NCBI RefSeq assembly: GCF_006345805.1
Contig: NC_043003.1
Span: forward strand, 28,644,001-28,708,000
DNA: 64,000 nt
Source of the DNA: Octopus sinensis
Taxonomy: Eukaryota
Direction of reading: 5' to 3'
Part shown: one piece after another, positions 53,759 through 64,000 of the stretch
How the letters are laid out: each line of letters opens with the position of its first letter
Position numbering within the stretch: position 1 is the first letter of the stretch
The notes under the pieces: model-generated
Seen by the model: only the letters and a program-made list of their open reading frames with translations
What the model was told of the DNA's origin: nothing
Databases searched by the model: none
Translations under genes and position numbers: made by a program

Positions 53759-54510
53759 TAGGCTACAATCTTTCACACATGTGTCTATGCATATATATAT
53801 ATAATGCAACTTTCTTCTTAAGTTTACCTTAGATAGATAGATAGATTGATAGATAGATAAAGAGAAAGAGAGGGAGTGGGTGGGTGTATAAACTAAGAAA
53901 GAAAGAGGGAAAGAGAGAGACTGATAAAGGGACAGATAAATAAATTGAAAGATAAATAGATAGATAAACAGATTGGCAGATGAATGATAAATAGATAGAT
54001 GCATATGAACAGGAAGTAATATTCCTGTGGTCACGCAGACAGATTCATTTACATATCTTACGTATATTTATTAGCAAGCAGCTATAAATAGCCTTACATC
54101 TGTACATCCAGGGTGAATGTGTCTATATCACTTTACATACACGTGTGCATACGCGCAATCGCACACACACATATATGCGCCCACACACACACAAATATAT
54201 AGGCATACGCATATACATTTATATGTATGAACTTTTGTATGTCTATATATATATGTGTGTGTGTGTATGTGTATGTATGTGTGTGTGTATGTGTGTGTGC
54301 ATGTATATATTTACATATATATATATATATATACATATATATATACATATATACATACATAACACATATAAATATGTGTATATATATATGTATATATATG
54401 TGTGCGAGTGTGTGTTTGTATATGTGTGTATGCTTTTTCTAACAGTAGAAGTTACAGAATGACTTAAATGCCAAGTGTTTTGTGCGTTGGCAAGTAAAAG
54501 GATAAAAGAA
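52891..54510. repeat. Tandem duplication, period about 868 bp
   Basis: TAGGCTACAATCTTTCACAC at 52891 and 53759; copies nearly identical up to GGCAAGTAAAAGGATAAAAG. Confidence 0.95.
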
Positions 54511-54534
54511 TATATCTATATATATATATATTAT

Positions 54535-54566
<32 letters not shown>

Positions 54567-54569
54567 GAG

Positions 54570-54683
<114 letters not shown>

Positions 54684-55059
54684 GTGTGTACATTTCTATG
54701 AAATGATGGTGGGAGATCGTATAAAAGAGTCACATCAGCATTTCAAACAGAGATCGATAAACGATAACACATTATCGATTATCGATTGTTTACCTTTGAG
54801 TCAGTTTTCGTTTTCAATGTTTTCCCTCATATTACCAGCATTTATAAGGCATTTGATATCAAGCCTCATGCTGCAAAATATCAAAATATCAAACATGTTA
54901 GGCGTGGAACGACGTCAGCAATAACAATTACCACATTTACAACGATGACGTCACGATGGAAGGCGGGAAAAAAAACTCGTACTAAATATCCACAATGCCA
55001 ATAACAAGAGCAAAAATTTCAGCAGCAGCAGCAGCAAAAACAACATTAACAATAACAAT

Positions 55060-55138
55060 TATTATGATTATTATTATTATTATAATTATTATTGTAATCA
55101 TAATTATTATTATTATTATCATTATAATTATTATTGTA

Positions 55139-55209
<71 letters not shown>

Positions 55210-55235
55210 CATCATCATCATTATCATTATCATTA

Positions 55236-55283
<48 letters not shown>
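55060..55283. repeat. (ATT)n
   Basis: Read directly. Confidence 0.95.
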
Positions 55284-55284
<1 letters not shown>

Positions 55285-55290
55285 GGTAAT

Positions 55291-55680
55291 GTGGCGAGCT
55301 GGCAGAATCGTTCGCACGATGCATTGAAATGCATTGCAGTATTTCCTCCGCCGCTACATACTGAGTTCAAATTCCGCTGAGGTCGACTTTGCCTTTCATC
55401 CTTTCGGGGCCGATTAAATAAGTACCAGTTACGCACTGGGGTCGATGTAATCGACTTAATCCGTTTGTCTGTCCTTGTTTGTCCCCTCTGTGGGTAGTAA
55501 AGAAATAGGTATATCGTCCGTCGCTACGCTCTGTGTTCAATTTCCGCTGAAGTTGACTTTGCCTTTCGTACTTTCGGGGTCGATAAATTAAGTACCGGTG
55601 AAACACTGTAGTCGATGTAATCAACTAGTAACCACCCAATCTCCGCCAAATTTTAGTCATTGTGCCTTTGGTAGAAAACG
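55291..55680 (+). mobile_element. SINE family B dimer
   Basis: Same AAAGAAATA|GGTAT junction as 19788-20200. Confidence 0.85.
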
Positions 55681-55734
55681 ATTATTATTGTTATAGTTAC
55701 AACAATAACTGTAGTGATAATGATAATGTTTTTA

Positions 55735-55921
55735 TTACTCTTTTACTTGTTTCAGTCATTTGACTGCGGCCATGCTGGAGCACAGCCTTTAGTCGAGCAC
55801 ATCGACCCCAGGACTTATTCTTTGTAAGCCTAGTACTTATTCTATCGGTCCGTTTTGCCGAACCGCTAAGTTACGGGGATGTAAACACACCAGTATCGGT
55901 TGTCAAGCAATGTTGGGGGGA

Positions 55922-56012
<91 letters not shown>

Positions 56013-56170
56013 ATATACGACGGGCTTCTCTCAGTTTCCGTCTACCAAATACACTCACAAGGCTTTAGTCGGCCCGAGGCTATAGCAGAAGACCTTTGTC
56101 CAAGGTGCCACGCAGTGGGACTGAACCCAGAACCATGTGGTTGGTAAGCAAGCTACTTACCACAAAGCCA
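55735..56170 (-). mobile_element. SINE family A
   Basis: Near-consensus. Confidence 0.9.
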
Positions 56171-56204
56171 TTATATAATAATAATGATTCTGTACATAAT
56201 AATC

Positions 56205-56416
56205 CTTTCTACAATAGGCACAAGTCCCGAAATTTGTGGGGAGGGAGTAAGTCGATCACATCGACCCCAGTACTTGACTAGTACTTAATTTATCGATCCT
56301 GAAAGGATAAAAAGCAAAGTCAACCCGGCAGAATTTGAACTCAGAGCGTGCAAACGGCCGAAATGCCGCTAAGCATTTTGTCCGGCGTGCTAACGATTCT
56401 GCCAGCTCACCGCCTT
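56205..56416 (-). mobile_element. SINE family B
   Basis: Head and central domain. Confidence 0.8.
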
Positions 56417-56483
56417 ATAAATAATAATAATAGTAATAACAACAGCAATAATAGTAATAACAACAACTACATTAATAATTTTT

Positions 56484-56957
56484 AGGCGTAGGAGCAGCTG
56501 TGTGCTAAGTAGCTTGCTTACGAACCACATTGTTCCGAGTTCAGTTCCACTGTGTGGCACCTTGGGCAAGTGTCTTCGACCAAAGCCTTGTGGGTGGATT
56601 TGGTAGACGGAAACTGAAAGAAGCCCGTCGTATATATATATATATATATATATATGTAGAGATAGTGTGTGTGTGTGTGTGTGTGTGTTGTGTGTGTGTG
56701 TGTGTGTGTCTGTGTGTGTGTGTGTGTGTACGTGTGTGTATATGTTTGTGTATCTGTGTTTGTCCCTCCAACATCGCTTGACAGCCGATGCTGGTGTGTT
56801 TATGTTCCCGTAACTTAGCGGTTAGGCCAAAGAAAACCGATAGAATAAGTTCTAGGTTCACAAAGAATAAGTCCTGGGGTCGATTTGCTCGACTAAAGGC
56901 GGTGCTGCAGCATGGCCACAGTCAAATGACTGAAAACAAGTAAAAGAGTAAAAGAGA
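56484..56957 (+). mobile_element. SINE family A
   Basis: Full copy with a small internal deletion. Confidence 0.9.
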
Positions 56958-56964
56958 AACCTAA

Positions 56965-57515
56965 AGAGTGAAAAGCAAAGTTGACATTTGAGCGATTCGA
57001 ACTCAGAACATAAAGAGCCGGAAGAACTGGCGCTCGACATTTTAATTTACGCCCCTAACAATTCTGCCAGATTGCTACCTTTAATAATAGTTTCAAATTT
57101 CAGCACAAGGCCGGCACGAGATGGAGTAAGTCAATTGCATCGACCCCAGTGCTCAACTTGTACAAATTTTATCGACCATGAAAAGATGAAAAGCAAAGTC
57201 GACCGCAGTGACATTTGGACTCAGAACGTAAAAACGAATGAAACGCCACTAAGCATTTTGTTCGGCGCGCTAACGATTCTGCCAGCACGCCGTCTTCTTG
57301 CTACCCTTAATAATAAAAATAATAGTTTTAAATAATATATTTAATTAATAAAAACATTATCATTATCGCTGGCACAACTCCAAAAGTTTCGAGGGAGTGG
57401 GGCATGTCGATTATATCGACCTTAGTATTCAGCTGGTACTTATTTTATCGATCGCCAAAAAAGGATGAAAAGCAAAGCTGGACTCGGCTGAATTTGAACT
57501 CAGAACGTAAGAACG
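56965..57515 (-). mobile_element. Three diverged SINE family B copies
   Basis: Repeated TGAAAAGCAAAG...ACTCAGAAC motifs. Confidence 0.75.
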
Positions 57516-58389
57516 AACAACCAGCAACAACCAGCATCACCACCTCCGCAATTATTACCTTTAACTATACGAACAACTAATAACTATCACCATCATCACC
57601 ACTACTACATATAACAATGATATTACTATCATCATCACCTCTACCTACATCATCGTCGCTATCAACCATCAACGGGAGAAACTTTAATAACAATAATGAC
57701 AACAACGCTACCATCGTCACCACTGGTAACAACAACAACAACAACAACAGCCATAGTTACAAGAAGAAGAGTACAGCGACTATCAGCGCGCCAACCATAA
57801 TCACCAATTCTAATAGCAACAACGGCCGTCACTTCTACGAACATTATTGACAGCAACAACAACAACAACAACAACAACAGGAGTTCCAACATCCCTACCG
57901 CTGCTATCATCGCCCTTAACACCACCACCACCGCCACTACCGACAACAACAACAACAACTACAACAACAATAACGGCAAACGTATCACGTGTAATGCTAG
58001 TCACGAGACTAGACAGGCTTAAGGAGACAACAAATTAATAGCCATCAACACATCTGTAATTTATGGGACCGTATAAACACCGTCTAACACCGTATAAACA
58101 TATACACGCATATGCCTATGCATGTGTACAACACGCACAACACTCAGAGTACACATACACACACACATAGACAAAATACAGTAAATACACACATAACTCA
58201 CACACACAACCCACAGAGGCGTTCACATACATACATACACGCACATATCACACTCGTACCTACACGTACAGACACTCGAACACGTATCAACAAAACAGCA
58301 CAAATACAACACACGCACATACACACACAACTCACACACGCAACACACAGAAGCGTTCATACACGTACATTTACACATATGCAAACACA

Positions 58390-58441
<52 letters not shown>

Positions 58442-59744
58442 CAATAAAGAAACTCCCACTCACAGACTCACTCACAAAAACACTAACACATACACCAACA
58501 CACACACAATAAATAACACAGACACACACACCAACACACACACAATAAATAACACAGACACACAACACATAGATAGAGCATACGCATACACTCATACACA
58601 CCGTGTCCACTCTTTTACAGGTTGTTTACGTATTGTTTTTCACGTCTGTTGATGGTTACATATTATTTTGGTTTGTCGTCTGTTGTTGTTCGCGTTTTTT
58701 TTTTAAACTCCTTTAACACGTCATACACTTTTTTGTTTATTTTCCATGATTTTTAGCTTCTGTTGGTTCTACGGTCCCGCAGGTCTTTCCGACATGTTCG
58801 CATACACGCATACACAGACATACTAACAGACAGACACATACACATACATATTAATATAAACACACATACACTCACAATATACAAATAACTATACACATAT
58901 ACACTTATACATTCACACACACACTGAGATACATACAGACACACACTCATATGGACAAACAAACGCATCCATTATACACAGCCATATACGCAAATGTGGA
59001 TATCCATGTGCATATGGACATACATACTTCTATCCATACGTCTATACTCGTTTATGTATGCGCATGCCCACACACTCACTTTAACAAATACACATCACAC
59101 ATACGCAAATACATTCATATACACACACATACACTTAATGAACCATTTCCTCCCGTTTTCTGTTACAATATTTCAATGAGATATCCTTGTTTTATCTCTT
59201 TTAAGAACGCCCAGACGCCCACGTACTTTTTTTTATTCCACCCTCGCAACTTAAAACTTACAGATATCCACTCTCTATTTCCTCACCCTAGCTCTCCCTT
59301 TTTCTCTGTATACTTAAGTACATCTGGTGGTATTTTGTGGTGGCGGTCATCGTTGTGGATCTCCGTCGTTCGACGATGAAGAATAGGTTTTTCAAACGAA
59401 TTATTTTGCACCTGAATTGATGTGTAAGTGACTGAATATTTCAGACACATGTATTCTCAATGTAATTCTCAGACAGAATTAACGTGGAAAAATGTGACTA
59501 GGTTCTATGTTTGAATTACAGTACAATCCGGCCGAAAGGCTTCCATACAGTTTCCAACTTCCCAGTTTTAGTAAGAAGTTATGGGTCGATAAAAAAAAAC
59601 ACAAAAAAAAAAACAAAGGCATTTATCCAAGATGGCACATAATTGTATTGAACCCGGTACCTCGTGAAAACGAAGCGAAAGTCTTAACAATTCGGCCATA
59701 CTAAGCCTACAAAAGTACATCAAATCTCTATAAACGACAGTACA

Positions 59745-59980
59745 AGATAATCAAGGAACCTCTATGTGGTTATTCGATTGCTAGAAATAGCAGCCAAATC
59801 ACACTGTACTGTTTTAAAAACACATTGGTTAATGGGGTCTTCTTGTGTTTCTTGTATAAAGGAAGGGAAAAAAACAAACAAACGGAATAGTTCACGGCTG
59901 GAATAATTTTGTCCCCATGTCTACTCGATCATGGCTGATCTAGGGTTAAACAGCAAGACAACAACAGCACTAACAACAAC
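59745..59980 (+). mobile_element. Old dispersed repeat (TAGAAATAGCAGCCAAAT family)
   Basis: Motif recurs at about 19526, 44517 and inverted at about 9350 and 35915. Confidence 0.5.
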
Positions 59981-60095
59981 ATAATAAAAGTTGTAATATT
60001 TCGTCTTTCATGTTTGCACACATTTCTGCTCTCATTCACATATTCAAGCAGGCTTTCTCCCAACACACATATTTACACACACACACATACAACGT

Positions 60096-60171
<76 letters not shown>

Positions 60172-60511
60172 TGACACACATATATCCAGTCTCTCCGACA
60201 CTCACATATTCAGTCTGCTTCCATCACAAAGACAGAGTCTCTCTCACACAGACGTACAATTTCGCTCGCAGACAGATATATAGTTCTTTCTAACACACAT
60301 ATATAATCCTTCTTACAGCCTCTCTCACACATACAGTGCCTCTCTCACATACACCTACCATCTCTTTCACACATGCATATAGCCTTTCTCACACAGAGAT
60401 TTAAAGTGTCTCTTTTACAAACATACACAGTCTCTTTCTCTTACACATACAGTCTTTTTCATACTCATATACGGCCTCCCTCTCATAGTTATACATCCTC
60501 TTACAGATATG

Positions 60512-60558
<47 letters not shown>

Positions 60559-60589
60559 CACACACACACACACATACACTCTCTCTTTT

Positions 60590-60800
60590 AATCTTTTACT
60601 CTTTTACTTGTTTCAGTTATTTGACTGTGGCCATGCTAGAGCACCACCTTTAGTCGAGCAAATTTACCCTGAACTTATTCTTTGTAAGCCTAGTACTTAT
60701 TCTATCGGTCTATTTTGACAAACCGCTAAGTTACAGGGACGTAAACACACCAGCATCGGTTGTCAAGCGATGTTGGGGGGGGGGACAAACACAGCCACAC
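60590..60800 (-). mobile_element. SINE family A 3' half (likely partner head at 61538-61703)
   Basis: Tail to internal microsatellite. Confidence 0.85.
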
Positions 60801-61304
60801 AAACACATACAAACACACACACACACACACATACACACATATGTATATGTATACATCCCATACGGCACACAACCATACATACACGCACACACATACATAC
60901 ACGCACACAATTATACATACGTATATATACACACACACGCACGTACAAGTACATACGCACGCATACACTAAGTTAAGCACAGTTACTCGCCATACACACA
61001 AAAAAACGCACACGTACACACACACATACTACAACAAAACACACACACGATACATATACACGCACACATACCTCCCTGCTTCTGACCTGCCTTTCTGACT
61101 TGCTAGGGTACCCCCACACCACTCCTTTAATTCTACTACTGCCTGCTACTAGCCATTGTCCACCATACACACACATACACACACACACACTCACACACAC
61201 ATCCTTGTCATCTCGCACACCTTTTTTACCATTCCTTCTTTGATTCAGCTCTCTTGTTTTTAAAAAAACATTTTCCTCCTTTTTTACCACTTCCGTCTTT
61301 TTTG

Positions 61305-61505
61305 TATGTGACCTCGTGAATACTACCTGCATTTTTTTTTCCTCTGTCCTCTCGTCTCGGGATCTTTTTTTCTCCTATGTTTCCGACGAAGAGCTCCGCT
61401 CGAAACGTCAAACCCTCCTTCTTCCCTTCTTTCCTGAGTGTCCAATAATACTTTATTTGTTCCACATCCTTGCGTTGTTGTTTTTTTGTTTTCTTGTTTG
61501 GATTA

Positions 61506-61512
<7 letters not shown>
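61305..61512 (+). mobile_element. Short element with minimal hammerhead variant
   Basis: 61379-61413: GTTT-CCGACGA-a-GAGC tcc GCTC-GAAAC-GTC-AAAC; ends in (TA)n. Confidence 0.7.
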
Positions 61513-61537
<25 letters not shown>

Positions 61538-61542
<5 letters not shown>

Positions 61543-61703
61543 GACGGGCTTCTTTCAGTTTCCGTCTACCAAATCCACTCCCAAGGCCTTGGTCGGCCCG
61601 AGGCTATAATAGAAGACACTTGCCCAAGGTGCCACGCAGTGGAACTGAACCCGGAACTATGTGGTTCGTAAGCAAGCTACTTACCACAGCCACTCCAACG
61701 CCT
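61538..61703 (-). mobile_element. SINE family A 5' half
   Basis: Near-consensus head. Confidence 0.85.
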
Positions 61704-61720
61704 ATATATATATATATATA

Positions 61721-62918
61721 TAACTAAGGTCCCGCGGTCTTTTTAAATTTTGGAATCTATTTTTTTTTCCTAGTTAATCTTAGTTAATATTTATTTATTT
61801 TCATATCATTAAAATGGAATGTCAAGTTAAGAAAAACGAGCATTTTCGACACCTCTTTCTTCTTCCATTTAATCAAGGTTCTAAGGCCGTAAAAGCTGCT
61901 CGCGACATTTGTGCTGTGTATGGAGAGGGTGCCTAGTTGAAAGAACCGCTCGTGATTGGTATGCCAAGTTCAAAATTTGAAAATTTGACCTCAAAGACGC
62001 ACCTCGTTCTGGCCGTCTAGTTGAGTTCGATGAAGAGCGATTAGACAAACTTTTGCATGACAAGGGAACTGGCAGAGAAAATGGAATGGTCACACACTGC
62101 TATAGAGAAGCATCTTCACTCGACGGGAAAGGCTCAGAAGTATGGATCATGGGTTCCGCATGCTTTAAGTGACAACAACAAAAATCAGCGAGCCACAATC
62201 TCCGCTGGTTTGCCTGCTTGTCACCGCTCAACTTATGGACACAAGCAACGATTTCTTTACCGAATCGATACTGGCGACGAAAAATGGTGCTGGTACATTA
62301 ATCTGAAGCAGCGTAAGGAATGGCTTAGCCCCGATAAACAAGCGACTCCGCCCATGGAACAAAATTTTCATCCGTGTAAAACGGTGTTGCGCGTATGGTG
62401 GAACTGGGAAGGGATTATCCATTACGAATTGCTTGAACGGAACCAAACGATCAACGTGAAACTCTATATTCAACAGATGGAAAGACTCAACACGGCTATT
62501 CAAGAGAAAAGACCTATTCGGTAGCATGGAGGTCTTCTGCTGCACGATAACGCCCGCCCTCATATCGCCAATATGCCCACGGAAGCCATTCAGTTGTATG
62601 ACTGGGAAATGCTACCGCACCCGCCGTACTCTCCTGATTTGGCACATAGGATTTCCACCTCTTTCGATGTCTTTCAAATGCTATGAGCGAAGTTTCGTTC
62701 AATTCTGATGCAGAATTGAGAGCTTGGTCGGATCAATTTTTCGAGTCGAAATCGGGTGATTTCTACCAACGAAGTATTGAAAATCTTGTTGAACGTTGGG
62801 GAGAAGTTGTAAGCAACAAGGGTGAATACATTATTGATTAATTAGTGGTTATTTTTTATTAAACCTTTTAAAAAATTTAAATCTAAAAAAAGGCGGGAAC
62901 TTAGTTGCCAACCCAATA
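61721..62918 (+). mobile_element. Mariner (DD34D) transposon, mellifera-subfamily-like, defective
   Basis: Right TIR reverse complement TA|TTGGGTTGGCAACTAAGTTCCCGCC; truncated left TIR AACTAAGGTCCCGC. Confidence 0.9.
61814..62841 (+). pseudogene. Mariner transposase pseudogene
   Basis: MECQVKKNEHFRH...CAVYGEGA, RSGRL, WVPHAL, TGDEKW, LLHDNARPH, HPPYSPDLA; internal stops, frameshifts and a deletion. Confidence 0.9.
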
Positions 62919-62957
62919 TATATTCGTACATACATACATAAATAGATAAGATATATG

Positions 62958-62994
<37 letters not shown>

Positions 62995-63004
62995 ATGTAT
63001 GTAT

Positions 63005-63172
63005 ACACGACGGGCCATACTCATTCACAAGACTGCCATACCCACTCACAAGGCTTTTGTCAACCCGAAGCTATAGTAGAAGATACTTGCCCAAGGAGCC
63101 ACAAAGTAGGACTGAACTCAAAACCTTGTGGTTAGGAAACAGACCTCTTATCACACTGCCACGCCTGCGCCT
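63005..63172 (-). mobile_element. Diverged SINE family A head
   Basis: CTATAGTAGAAGATACTTGCCCAAGG motif. Confidence 0.7.
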
Positions 63173-63783
63173 AATAGAAGCTATATAAACTACTTTGATT
63201 TATTCGAAATTTACGTAAAAGCTTGACATGACTGAGTCTCTAGTTACAATCTAAACTCTCACTCTGCATTTATATTTGTATTCATCCGTTATGTGCAATA
63301 GAAACAGCATGAAACTAAAACAACCGTGTATGTATCGTAATTATAATTTAAATACATCGGGGAACGGTAAGTTACTGAAGCGGCGGGGTGTTACATCTGG
63401 ACGGATGATGCAGTAGCTTGCCTTTCAACGATGTATTTTAAAGTATGATGTATAGATGGCTATATTTGCTTACATTTACGCACACATAAACGCACATGCG
63501 CGCACACACACACATAAACACACACGCGCGCACACACACATAAACACACACATACACGGTCACACACGCACACACAAACGCACACACACACACACATATG
63601 AATTTTTACAAGAGAAAGGTCGACAGTAACTTCGAAATTTGAAGTTTTGCTTTATCAGCTGTAATCTGACTGATGATGGCTGATTAACCGAATGTCCGAA
63701 GTCACTGTCACAAAATTTTCTCTTTAAAATTAAACATGTACTCTACTAAATAGTTTTTATATATAACTTGATATAAAACATGC

Positions 63784-63842
<59 letters not shown>

Positions 63843-64000
63843 GTGTGTGTTGTGTGTGTGTGTGTGTGTGTGTGTATGCATGTATGTATGTATGTATATA
63901 TATGTATATATGCATGTCATTATTCTGTTTTAGTTCAAGATTTCTTGCCAATAGAATATGTATGTATTCTCCTGCATGTAGCTGCATGTCTATACATGCG

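Noticed and set aside
54905-54970. TGACGTCA (54946) and GGCGGGAAA motifs
   Set aside because: Short motifs expected by chance in 64 kb; no other promoter evidence.
63665-63712. Hammerhead-like CTGATGA...CCGAAG...GTC
   Set aside because: GAAA is broken and stems I and III do not pair convincingly; at most a decayed copy.

Overview
AT-rich, repeat-saturated animal genomic DNA (intergenic or deep intronic). The SINE repertoire looks like that of Octopus / coleoid cephalopods, which is my inference and not a database result. I cannot support any host protein-coding gene: most ORFs in the track are translated microsatellites or SINE antisense frames. The window holds (i) very dense simple repeats; (ii) three abundant tRNA-derived SINE families; (iii) remnants of CR1-group, RTE and restriction-like-endonuclease (R4/Dong-like, Hero-like) LINEs; (iv) Penelope-like GIY-YIG remnants plus several short elements with minimal hammerhead-ribozyme motifs; (v) DNA transposons (mellifera-type mariner, DD41D Tc1/mariner, pogo/Tigger and hAT ends); (vi) Helitron ends, one pair enclosing a GC-rich 70-bp tandem array. 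Most worth follow-up: the hammerhead-bearing mini-elements with a variant core sitting in (TA)n, the double-3'-end Helitron array, a SINE with one head and three different tails, a SINE/LINE shared 3' end, and a Dong-like element in (TAA)n. Boundaries of degenerate repeats are approximate (roughly +/-20-50 bp).
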